Positions 55,540 through 64,000 of a DNA stretch of 64,000 bases are shown here, piece after piece. The DNA lies in assembly GCA_977020255.1 (NCBI GenBank), contig CDROCS010000506.1, forward strand, positions 2,976,001 to 3,040,000, given 5' to 3'. The stretch comes from Obrimoposthia wandeli (taxonomy: Eukaryota). The notes below the pieces were generated by a model. It made no database searches. It was not told where the DNA came from and saw nothing but the letters and a program-made list of their open reading frames with translations. Numbering within the stretch: position 1 is the first letter of the stretch; each line of letters begins with the position of its first letter. The position numbers and the translations under genes were made by a program.

Positions 55540-56217
55540 ATGATGATCATTAATGAAAATTACGTCGTCGATTTCGATGATGCAATAATCTTGAGTTTAA
55601 ATACTGGATTACGCACAAGTTTAGGCAGTAATGAAGTGTCATTATTACGCTATATGATCCAACATCAAGGTCAATTGCTACTGCGTCAAGATTTGATGGA
55701 AGAAGTGTGGTTAAGCAAAGGCATTATTGTTGAAGACAGTAGCTTGTTACATGCGATCTCTAACTGCCGAAAAGCACTCGAAGACAAAGACACGAAAATT
55801 ATTCAAACCCAACGTGGTAAAGGCTATATTTTTCTAGGTAAGGTTAGTCCTTATTCTCTGCAGCAGGCCGAAGAAATCGATAGCAGCGAAAAGGTTAAGG
55901 CGGAAGATAAACCGTCACATGAAAACCCTTCGACTAAGAGTGATTTTTTTAATGTATTCGGACGTTATATCGTAGTGTACCTGATGATATCAGGGGCGTC
56001 TTTTATGTTGTGGCACACCTTCTCATCACCTTGGACATCTGCAGAGCATTATTATATTGAGCAGTTCGCCAAGTGCGCCTTTATTGATCCTGAGACCGAA
56101 ACGGAAATGATATTTCAGGATGTTACTATTTATCATGCCAATGGATTATCGTTATTAATTGATACTGCTGATGCGTCGATCAGTTATCAGGATGAATTAG
56201 AGGTGGACTGTGAATAA
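55540..56217 (+). CDS. ToxR/CadC-type membrane-anchored winged-helix regulator
   Basis: OmpR-type DNA-binding domain (EVWLSKG..SSLLHAISNCRKAL..IQTQRGKGY), one TM (about aa 143-161), short periplasmic tail with C179 and C224. Confidence 0.8.
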   Translation: MMIINENYVVDFDDAIILSLNTGLRTSLGSNEVSLLRYMIQHQGQLLLRQDLMEEVWLSKGIIVEDSSLLHAISNCRKALEDKDTKIIQTQRGKGYIFLGKVSPYSLQQAEEIDSSEKVKAEDKPSHENPSTKSDFFNVFGRYIVVYLMISGASFMLWHTFSSPWTSAEHYYIEQFAKCAFIDPETETEMIFQDVTIYHANGLSLLIDTADASISYQDELEVDCE

Positions 56218-56674
56218 AATCGCATTGTTAACCGTGGTATTAAGCGGTTTAGTAACGGGTTATATTGCTAATCAGTGGTCAACCCCCGAGATGAATGAAC
56301 GGTTTAATTCAAATACCCGTATGTACATTAATACGAGCTTTGATAAATCCCATACCATTGATATCAATGCGGGCTTAGAGCTAAAAGAAAATGGTCTGTT
56401 TGAATATTATCTTGTCATACCAAAGAATATTGGCTTTTCATCAGTAGGTAATTACACGCTGGAGAAGGGTTTATTATCATTAAATATTACTCAAAGCGAA
56501 CCGTTACTCGATGAGCAAGAGAGTAAAAATCCATTAGAACTATATGAAAAACTAGTCAGTCGTGCAGAAATGCACACAACCGAGAATATGTTAGCGTTTA
56601 GGCCCTTACATAATGACCGAGCATTGGTGGTATTTGCAGAACGTGGCGCATTTTATTTTAAACCGCGGGACTAG
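56210..56674 (+). CDS. ToxS-like membrane-anchored periplasmic partner
   Basis: N-terminal TM anchor and beta-rich body; GTG start overlaps the upstream stop by 8 nt. Confidence 0.55.
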   Translation: MNKIALLTVVLSGLVTGYIANQWSTPEMNERFNSNTRMYINTSFDKSHTIDINAGLELKENGLFEYYLVIPKNIGFSSVGNYTLEKGLLSLNITQSEPLLDEQESKNPLELYEKLVSRAEMHTTENMLAFRPLHNDRALVVFAERGAFYFKPRD

Positions 56675-56687
56675 GCGTCAATGAATA

Positions 56688-56727
56688 CATACTAACTAGC
56701 TTATTGAATATCAAACTAGTTAGTATG
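56688..56727. terminator. Inverted repeat between the convergent ToxS-like gene and fadL
   Basis: CATACTAACTAG-N16-CTAGTTAGTATG. Confidence 0.5.
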
Positions 56728-56765
56728 CTCTTAAGGCAGGGGGGAATAGCTAAATAGCTGAACCG

Positions 56766-57968
56766 TTAGAACGAGTGGTTATACTGTAAACCAAATAACC
56801 AAGCGCTGGATTCAACAACGCCATTAATACTCGATTCTGTTCCCGGTATTGTCGTGAGACTTTCTTCTACAGCTGTATCTTCACCAAGAATATAACTAAC
56901 GCCTAAATCAATGCTTTGTGATTGCGATAGTTTGTATGTAGTACCGACAGATAACCAGTGACGATTTGAATCAGGAATCGATACTGATTCCAAGGTGTCA
57001 GTTGGCGCATGGTCATACATATAACCCGCGCGTAATTCCCAACTTTCTGATGGGTAATAGGTAGTACCAACAGAAATATGTCCCGCGTCAGCCCATTCAT
57101 AATCTTTAATGTTACTGTCGAAATCACTTGATGTTAACGAATCAAATTCAGACCATTGCACGTATTGGACACTGTAGTGAAACGCTAATTTAGGTATAAC
57201 TCTGTGATAACCAGATAATTCAATCATATCGGGTAAGGGAATATTGATACTATTAGCGCTGCCTTCACCTGTCATATCGACATCGCCACTTGCCTCTAAA
57301 TCAGGACTGTAGCGATAACTTAAACCAATACGGTTATTATCGTTAAACTCATAAGCCAAACCAAGATTAAACCCATAAGCGACGCCGTCGGCTTCGACTT
57401 CAAGCAGATTATCACGAGAAATTTGTCCTTCACCGTAAATAACGTCTAGCCCGGCACCCAAACTTAATTTTTCGGTGAGTTGATAAGCCGCTGAAAGGCC
57501 AATGTTGATACTGGTAAGCGATGTTTCGCCACCAAATTCACTGGCTATGTAATCATCCGGAAATTCAACGCTGGTGCCAAAATTAGAATATATAGCCATA
57601 CCCAGTGTTAAATCGGAATCAGCGATAGGGTGTACATAGTAGAAATTGGGGATGAATGCTGCATTAGCAATATCGTCAACATTAGCATCAACTGTATCAC
57701 CGGACATAGGTGTATAAGATGCATCAGTGAGACTTACATCGGTGACGACACCAATGGCACCGACAGATAGTGAGGGTTGATCAAACAATGCCATAGCGGC
57801 GCTGTTTTTAGCCATGACAGAAGCATTGTCAGCAATAATACCGTCACCTGCGTATGCACGGCCTAGGCCTGTTGCAGATTGTGCGTTAAGTTGGAAACCT
57901 GCAGCATGGACTTGGCTACCTACGCAGGCAAGCATGATTATTGGGTAAGCTCGGCGTAAGTGTCTCAT
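56766..57968 (-). CDS. fadL: Long-chain fatty acid outer-membrane transporter, FadL family
   Basis: Signal peptide then AGFQLNAQSATGLGRAYAG, SNFG, SIPDSNRHW, terminal F; ATGA overlap with the lipase stop. Confidence 0.9.
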   Translation of the reverse strand: MRHLRRAYPIIMLACVGSQVHAAGFQLNAQSATGLGRAYAGDGIIADNASVMAKNSAAMALFDQPSLSVGAIGVVTDVSLTDASYTPMSGDTVDANVDDIANAAFIPNFYYVHPIADSDLTLGMAIYSNFGTSVEFPDDYIASEFGGETSLTSINIGLSAAYQLTEKLSLGAGLDVIYGEGQISRDNLLEVEADGVAYGFNLGLAYEFNDNNRIGLSYRYSPDLEASGDVDMTGEGSANSINIPLPDMIELSGYHRVIPKLAFHYSVQYVQWSEFDSLTSSDFDSNIKDYEWADAGHISVGTTYYPSESWELRAGYMYDHAPTDTLESVSIPDSNRHWLSVGTTYKLSQSQSIDLGVSYILGEDTAVEESLTTIPGTESSINGVVESSAWLFGLQYNHSF

Positions 57969-60140
57969 TGGACTTCCTCGATTTCAATATTGGTATTATC
58001 ATCAATTATTACTGCGCGACCATCACTAAAAATCATGCTGCGAACGGCTATTTGCTGTGTTTCTGTTGCCGTACGTACTTTTGCGAGTTCGGATGTACCG
58101 GGAGCGCCGCTTTCATCCATTGGACCTTCATAGGCGAAAAGGTAAGTACCATGGCCACCTGTTGTCGCGCGGATCACACCTCTAATCGTGCCGTTCGCGC
58201 CATTACCACCGATGGTATCATCTCTGATGTCGTCTAATGCGAGTGCGGTAATTAATGGGTCGGTACCGGTTAATACATTGATAGGGCTATTATTTGGCAC
58301 GACAAAATCAGGCATGTATTCACCAACTTCACAGGTATCACCACAAGTACCGACCGCTTCAATTAGCAGGGTTGGTTGTAGATTGGCAACTTGACGACGG
58401 GTAAACGCCGCAGGATCTGCACTGTCAACGCTGGTTTGAACACCTTGTTTGAAGCTTGGCATAATCAGTGTGTAGATATCATCTTCAAGCTGGGATACAA
58501 CGCCGGCGTTGTGGGTAGACTCTGCGCTAAACGTACGTAATGCTACAATGCACTCTTCGTTTGTGCTGTTGCTATGGCACAGATCGGGGATCACGGTTTC
58601 AGCGATTCCACGTTGAATATCCGGTGATTTCTTCACTGATTCTTCCGTTTCAGGTCCAAGTAAATCAGAGGTCAATACTAAGTTAACCAGGCCTTGGCCT
58701 GGTACGGCGAAGTTAACGGTTTTGTATGATAAATTATTAGTTCTTAGGGCCGCTGAAGGCTGTGACATTTCACTGACCATCACTGACACAATACCGCCCA
58801 GTGAGTGGCCAATAAGGTGAATGTCGTCTTCATTTGCCCAAGGTGCGGCAATTAAAGCGTTACGCAAGCTCAGGTTGTCAGATACAGCTTGATTTAAGTT
58901 ACCTCGGAGTGTTAATGGCGAGCTGATATTAATGAAATCGCCTTTATTAATTTCTGCGCCGATCTCATTACCTTCATCATCGAGTAAAATACGCTCTCCG
59001 TGGTAAGGCATATCGATTGCAACAACAAGGTAATCTTGATCTGTATAATCTTTTGCCATTAATGATGCAGTGCCTCTATTGGCTGTTACACCGTGAATAA
59101 ATTGCACCACAGGTAATTGAAGTCTACCTTCATCTGCCCATTTTTTTGGTGTATAAACATCGACAGTAATCGCTAATGGTGTTGATGCTGGCAGGGGGTT
59201 GCCACGGGTTAAATGACCGTCTGGATCATTATCTGGTTTCATCCAATCGTAAAGTGCAGGGCATGAATCAATAGGATCAAACTCATCGACTAGGCAGTCC
59301 TTTTCATCCTCTTCGGTGAAAGGTAAATAGAAGGGTAAGGTTAATTGAGCTGTATAAGTATCATATTTTGCTCGATCCGATCCAACCTTTTCAGGTATTA
59401 ACAGCCCAAGAGATGCTGATTGATTATTTTCAATGATTGCATCTGAAATTGCATAACTGCTTTGCGTGGTAAATTGCGCCGCATAGGCAATGTTCTCAGC
59501 TTGTATTCCTGTCACGGCCATTTTGCTGCCAGTATTTGTGCTTTTAACGTCAACTTGTTCTTGATCTGTTAATGTCATCTGGGCCACTATATCTGGTTCT
59601 GTAATGCGCGGGATCGGCTTGTAGCTGTGTCCCATCTGATGTTTCAACTTGGTCACTGACAAGTAAGAAATAAGTACTATCTTCAGTTAAGGTCGCGGTA
59701 CATTCGATCTGAATATTTTCACTGGTTGAAGATATATTGGTTTCAACAGGTGTTCCATCCGCTTTAATCAACACCACATTGTTAGCTAATGTATTTGGAT
59801 CAAGCGGGTATCTTTCATTGCTATTGAGACTAGCAATTGGAATTTGCATTGGCTCAGTACATAAACCCCAACCATCTAAAGCGGCGTAAACTGTATCAGA
59901 GCTACGATAGAAGTTTTCTCTGTCTACACCAGCTACATCATCTTCACCGGGTAATGAGATAGTGAGGTCATCATCATAGCCATAACCGTCGTTAGGCATA
60001 GGCAGGGCACTAACTGAAAATGGCACATAGGTATTAATGGGGTCTTGGCTAGTTTCATCATCTGATTGGCAGGCACTTATTGCCATGCAACCGATAATAA
60101 TACCGGTGTAACGCCTTAAACTTATTAACTTCATTGTCAT
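57965..60140 (-). pseudogene. VolA/Pla-1/Cef-type lipoprotein lipase split by one frameshift (ORFs 60140-59550 and 59662-57965)
   Basis: Lipobox ISAC at C24, ALPMPND..ALDGWG in the 5-prime part; FIHGVT, IDMPYHGER, GHSLG nucleophile and GGHGTY in the 3-prime part; the frames overlap by 113 nt. Confidence 0.75.
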
Positions 60141-60402
60141 GATTCCATTTTGTGTTTAGTGGTGTTTCGTGTCAGGTCGTCACTTTTGCCTAAAACGGAC
60201 AAAGACGCTAATAATTAAGTATTATTATGTATAATTAAGGTTATTAATGTTGCGTGCTGGTATGGTGTTTGTTTTCTAAGTGTTTGTTATTGGTTGTTTA
60301 TTTATCTTCATATAACGTGTACATCTGTTATTGTTATTGCATATGGAAAATATGCGCAGGGTCAGGCATAGCGCTTTTATAATGGACTGGAAGGGATTCA
60401 GA

Positions 60403-63255
60403 TTGAATTATACAAATATAATATTGGGACTTAGTCTAGCGCTAGTGGTGGGTTGTAACTCTGAATCATCTGCGACGGATGAACCAATCCGAGAAGCTAT
60501 ACCTGTGGCACCAGAACCTGTGGTACCAGAACCTGTGACACCAATACCTGTAATACCTACCGTGATTGCCCAAGCACTTGCGACTGGAGATGTCAGTTAT
60601 GTTGATGATGCATCACTGTTGGTTGCAGAGCTTAAGCACACCGTCACGGCGAATCAAATAACGGCAAAAGCTATCAAGCAAAGCTTGTTTAATATCGGTG
60701 CTAAAGATGCACCAGCATTAATGGATTTAACTTGGTGGCCGACTCATGATGCTGCTGCATTTAAAAATACTTATGGTATAAATTATTCAGTTATTGAATC
60801 AAATGCGATTATTCCTGAATATGATGATGGCAAGAAAAAGCCAGAAGCATTACCTGTTGCAATTGCTGGTCAATATAAAGCACAAGGTCGTTATTTAGCA
60901 TTAAACTCAAATCCTTTTCGTAATAAAGGTAAAGCGGAAAATGCATTAAATGCAGACATGGAATTATGGCTCGAAAATACAGTAAGCTGGCTATCTCAGC
61001 GTCATGATTTCTCGGCAGATAAACCGTTAAATATTGTGATGTCGCAATTAGATGATTCATATTATTTTAAAGACAGAACACTAACGCGCACATGGTTTGA
61101 TGAACATTACACCGGTAACGTTAGCTATAATTTACCACAGGCATGCGATGGCTCTGCATTAGTAAGCTGTGTTAGCGAAGATACTGATTTAGTTATTTTA
61201 TCGCAGTATACAGATGGACTTACCGACGATGAGGTGGGGGATTATGTAGCGAGCGTGGAAGCATTATTAACACAAGGTACATCGATATTATATGTGCATC
61301 ATGACGGTAATCTTAAACCATTAGGTAAAGCGTTATTTGAATTGCTACATATTACCTATATCGGTGATAACTACTGGCGTAAATTTGGCACCAGCGCTTT
61401 TAATGTGATGGATAATTATGATGTGCGACCTGCTGATATTGAGCTGCAGCTGGCGTTGTTAAATCGTCTAGATACCAATAGCTTTACTGTTGACCTGTCA
61501 CAATGTAACGATAAAACCTGCGAACCAGCATCTTTAATGGATGAACAGTTTTATCAAGCAGCAAGCATGATAAAAGCGCAGATAGATAGCGTTGATAAAA
61601 ATAAGCTAGCCTTATTCGAAGACGATGTCTTTAACTATCAAAAACTATTGATCTTACTTGGTGACAAATATCGTCAAGACGTATTATTTCCCATGAATAA
61701 GGTCGATACCAATGCCAACGTATTTTTACGTTCCTTATATGCAGATCATGTATTATTCAACAATCGACCGATTAATGCAGCGCAAGCGAGTTTAGGTGAT
61801 TTTAGTCGCAGTGACTTTTCGCATATAACACCCGTTACTCAACAAGTGAGTCTTAGCACACGCGGCGCGTTCCAAGCCGCTGGTGTATATGTGCTGCCGG
61901 GGAAAACCGTGACGATCACGCGTAATGATAACGAAGATGTGAATACCAGTGTATTTATGAATACGTTACGCAGTGGATCCACGCACGAATACTTAGCAAA
62001 AGATGGCTACAGTCGACCAAAATTTGTCAAATCGCAAAGCTATAATATCAAGCCTGGAGAAACTATCTCGTTAACATCAGCTTATGGTGGCTTGCTGCAA
62101 GTCGGTTTTGATACCAAAACAAATGTTGTTGCTGCAGACCCATTAGCACAAGTTGATTTTACTTTTGTAAATGTGGGCTTGCATCCTGTGTGGCGAAGTA
62201 ATGGCGATAGCGCCGCATTTACCGCACAAGTGAACGCGAACCAATATGATTGGGCTGAGTTTATTACTGATAATTTTCAAGTACATTCAACCACAGATAA
62301 AATGTTGAAAACGATATCGGATCCAACATGGTCAGATCTTTCGTTACTGGCGAGCACAACACAGAAGTATACCCATGGTTATGAGAAAGCCCTTGGTGGT
62401 TTTGAAGGACCAAATATTGAAGTGTTGGCTGAAGTCGTTAGCTTTGCCAATACCAGAGGGTTAGCGTTAGCCTATAAAGATCAGATCCATCATTTCAATG
62501 CTGACCGCGCGAGTTGTGGGGCAGGCTGCTCGGGTAATCCATATGATGCTAATTGGAATTTCAATCCTCTGGGTCACGGTGACTTACATGAAATCGGCCA
62601 TACTCAAGAAAGTGGTCGTTTCCGATTTAGTGGTTGGGATTCACATTCAAGTACGAACTATTATTCCTATTTTACCAAACACATGAATTACCAAAAAACT
62701 GGCAATGCGCCAGTGTGCCAAAAGTTGAATTTTGAAAGCATGTTTACGCATTTGAAAGCCAGTCGTCAGCAGGGCGTTGATTCGTATCAATACATGCAAG
62801 GCCTTGGGTTAAACAGCTGGTCAAATGGTGCCATGATTATGATTCAAGCTATGATGGCTGCACAAAATGCAGGTACGCTCGATGTTGGTTGGCATTTGAT
62901 TGCCAGATTACATGTCTTAGACCGTCATTTCAGCACTGCAGTGAAACAAGAATCTACGTGGCTCACGACGCGAGATGCCCTGGGGTTTAGCCAATATTCA
63001 CAAGCTGAAGCGAAATCTATCGGTAAAAATGAGTGGTTAGCCATTGCGATGTCAACGGCAATAGAACGTGACGTTACCGACTTTACCACTATGTGGGGAC
63101 TCGCTGTGGATGATAAAGCCAAGGCGCAAATTGGAGCAACGCAAAGTACCGTGTTACCGATGAACTTTTATGCCTCCAATAATTTGGGTGCTTATTGTGA
63201 AAGCTTGGTGCAGCCCAAAATAACCGTGAATGCAACTATGGCTTGGCCGCATTAG
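60403..63255 (+). CDS. ImpA/M60-like zinc metalloprotease lipoprotein
   Basis: TTG start with GGAAGGGA RBS gives the lipobox VVGC; Pro-rich linker; NADRASCGAGCSGNP..GHGDLHEIGH (HExxH). Confidence 0.8.
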   Translation: MNYTNIILGLSLALVVGCNSESSATDEPIREAIPVAPEPVVPEPVTPIPVIPTVIAQALATGDVSYVDDASLLVAELKHTVTANQITAKAIKQSLFNIGAKDAPALMDLTWWPTHDAAAFKNTYGINYSVIESNAIIPEYDDGKKKPEALPVAIAGQYKAQGRYLALNSNPFRNKGKAENALNADMELWLENTVSWLSQRHDFSADKPLNIVMSQLDDSYYFKDRTLTRTWFDEHYTGNVSYNLPQACDGSALVSCVSEDTDLVILSQYTDGLTDDEVGDYVASVEALLTQGTSILYVHHDGNLKPLGKALFELLHITYIGDNYWRKFGTSAFNVMDNYDVRPADIELQLALLNRLDTNSFTVDLSQCNDKTCEPASLMDEQFYQAASMIKAQIDSVDKNKLALFEDDVFNYQKLLILLGDKYRQDVLFPMNKVDTNANVFLRSLYADHVLFNNRPINAAQASLGDFSRSDFSHITPVTQQVSLSTRGAFQAAGVYVLPGKTVTITRNDNEDVNTSVFMNTLRSGSTHEYLAKDGYSRPKFVKSQSYNIKPGETISLTSAYGGLLQVGFDTKTNVVAADPLAQVDFTFVNVGLHPVWRSNGDSAAFTAQVNANQYDWAEFITDNFQVHSTTDKMLKTISDPTWSDLSLLASTTQKYTHGYEKALGGFEGPNIEVLAEVVSFANTRGLALAYKDQIHHFNADRASCGAGCSGNPYDANWNFNPLGHGDLHEIGHTQESGRFRFSGWDSHSSTNYYSYFTKHMNYQKTGNAPVCQKLNFESMFTHLKASRQQGVDSYQYMQGLGLNSWSNGAMIMIQAMMAAQNAGTLDVGWHLIARLHVLDRHFSTAVKQESTWLTTRDALGFSQYSQAEAKSIGKNEWLAIAMSTAIERDVTDFTTMWGLAVDDKAKAQIGATQSTVLPMNFYASNNLGAYCESLVQPKITVNATMAWPH
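60502..60558 (+). repeat. 15-bp tandem repeat encoding a Pro-rich linker
   Basis: CCTGTGGCACCAGAA CCTGTGGTACCAGAA CCTGTGACACCAATA CCTGTAATACCT = PVAPE PVVPE PVTPI PVIP. Confidence 0.75.
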
Positions 63256-63323
63256 CTGTGCGCCTTTGATGTCGGGTGATTTATGTTATTATCTACTTAA
63301 ATCACCCAGTAACAAAGACCATC

Positions 63324-63941
63324 ATGACTGAACGTACAACCCAAATCACTGCCGAAGAGCATACTTTAAGTAATAGTATTACCGATAACGATAACGATAC
63401 CGCTAATGATAATGCTACCGATAATGATAGCAACTTAGCACTTACGCCGGAGCAACAACAAGCTGACGAACGCTGGATGCAACATGCGATCATGCTCGCG
63501 GGCAAAGCTGAAGCTATTGATGAGGTGCCAGTTGGTGCGGTTGTCGTACTGGATGGTGAAATTATTGGTGAAGGTTGGAATCAAGCGATTAACTTACACG
63601 ATGCGACAGCACACGCTGAAATTATCGCATTGCGTGCTGCGGGTAAAACGGTTTCGAACTATCGACTTATTGATGCGACACTGTATGTGACGTTAGAACC
63701 ATGCTCTATGTGTGCAGGTGCGATGGTGCATAGCAGAGTGAAGCGTTTAGTTTATGGCGCGGTAGATTTAAAAACGGGGGCGGCAGGCTCGGTATTTAAC
63801 TTGGTAGAGCATGCACAGTTGAATCATCAAATTGAAGTACGTTCAGGGGTTTTTGCTAGTGAGACTGGCGCATTATTAAGTAATTTCTTTAAACGTCGCC
63901 GTAAAGAGAAAAAAGCCCTGAAGCGCTTGCAGAAAGGTTAG
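63324..63941 (+). CDS. tadA: tRNA adenosine(34) deaminase with an N-terminal extension
   Basis: EVPVGAV, HAEIIALR, TLEPCSMC, FFKRRRKEKK. Confidence 0.93.
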   Translation: MTERTTQITAEEHTLSNSITDNDNDTANDNATDNDSNLALTPEQQQADERWMQHAIMLAGKAEAIDEVPVGAVVVLDGEIIGEGWNQAINLHDATAHAEIIALRAAGKTVSNYRLIDATLYVTLEPCSMCAGAMVHSRVKRLVYGAVDLKTGAAGSVFNLVEHAQLNHQIEVRSGVFASETGALLSNFFKRRRKEKKALKRLQKG

Positions 63942-64000
63942 TCTAGTATCGCGGGTTGGCCTGCAAATTCATTTTGTAAAAAGAAAGATCGCTGACGATT

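Noticed and set aside
60141-60402. FadR operator upstream of the lipase-fadL operon
   Set aside because: The best candidate (GTCAGGTCGTCAC) matches the consensus poorly.

Overview
Chromosomal window from an AT-rich marine gammaproteobacterium (roughly 40% GC by eye; Moritella-like by gene style, which is an inference). The core backbone is tgt-yajC-secDF, dnaK-dnaJ, fklB-dapB-carAB, sstT, ltaE, yciA, maeA, kbl-tdh and tadA. Three accessory blocks interrupt it. (1) About 4.7-13.8 kb: a signalling and redox mix (rhodanese, REC-REC-GGDEF, cytochrome b, NADAR-RibA fusion, binding protein plus hybrid kinase, cytochrome c-prime, orphan binding protein). (2) About 18.5-36.7 kb: a complete oligo-alginate uptake and catabolism island (oalA/B/C, kdgF, dehR, kdgK, eda, two Na+/solute symporters, kdgM, GntR regulator). 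It has no secreted endo-lyase, carries a repeated TTGTAATACAA operator and contains an embedded DUF294 nucleotidyltransferase/DEDDh exonuclease pair. (3) About 55.5-63.3 kb: a ToxR/ToxS-like membrane regulator pair next to a fadL + frameshifted VolA-like lipase operon and an ImpA/M60-like lipoprotein protease. Other points: an orphan RpoS-like sigma factor preceded by a fatty-acid FadR-like box, and a 36-aa membrane microprotein missed by the ORF track. I saw no rRNA, tRNA, CRISPR array, transposase or integrase. Family assignments come from motif recognition and recalled homologues, not from database searches. Several starts were moved to downstream codons that have a ribosome-binding site (RBS) or match homologue N-termini.
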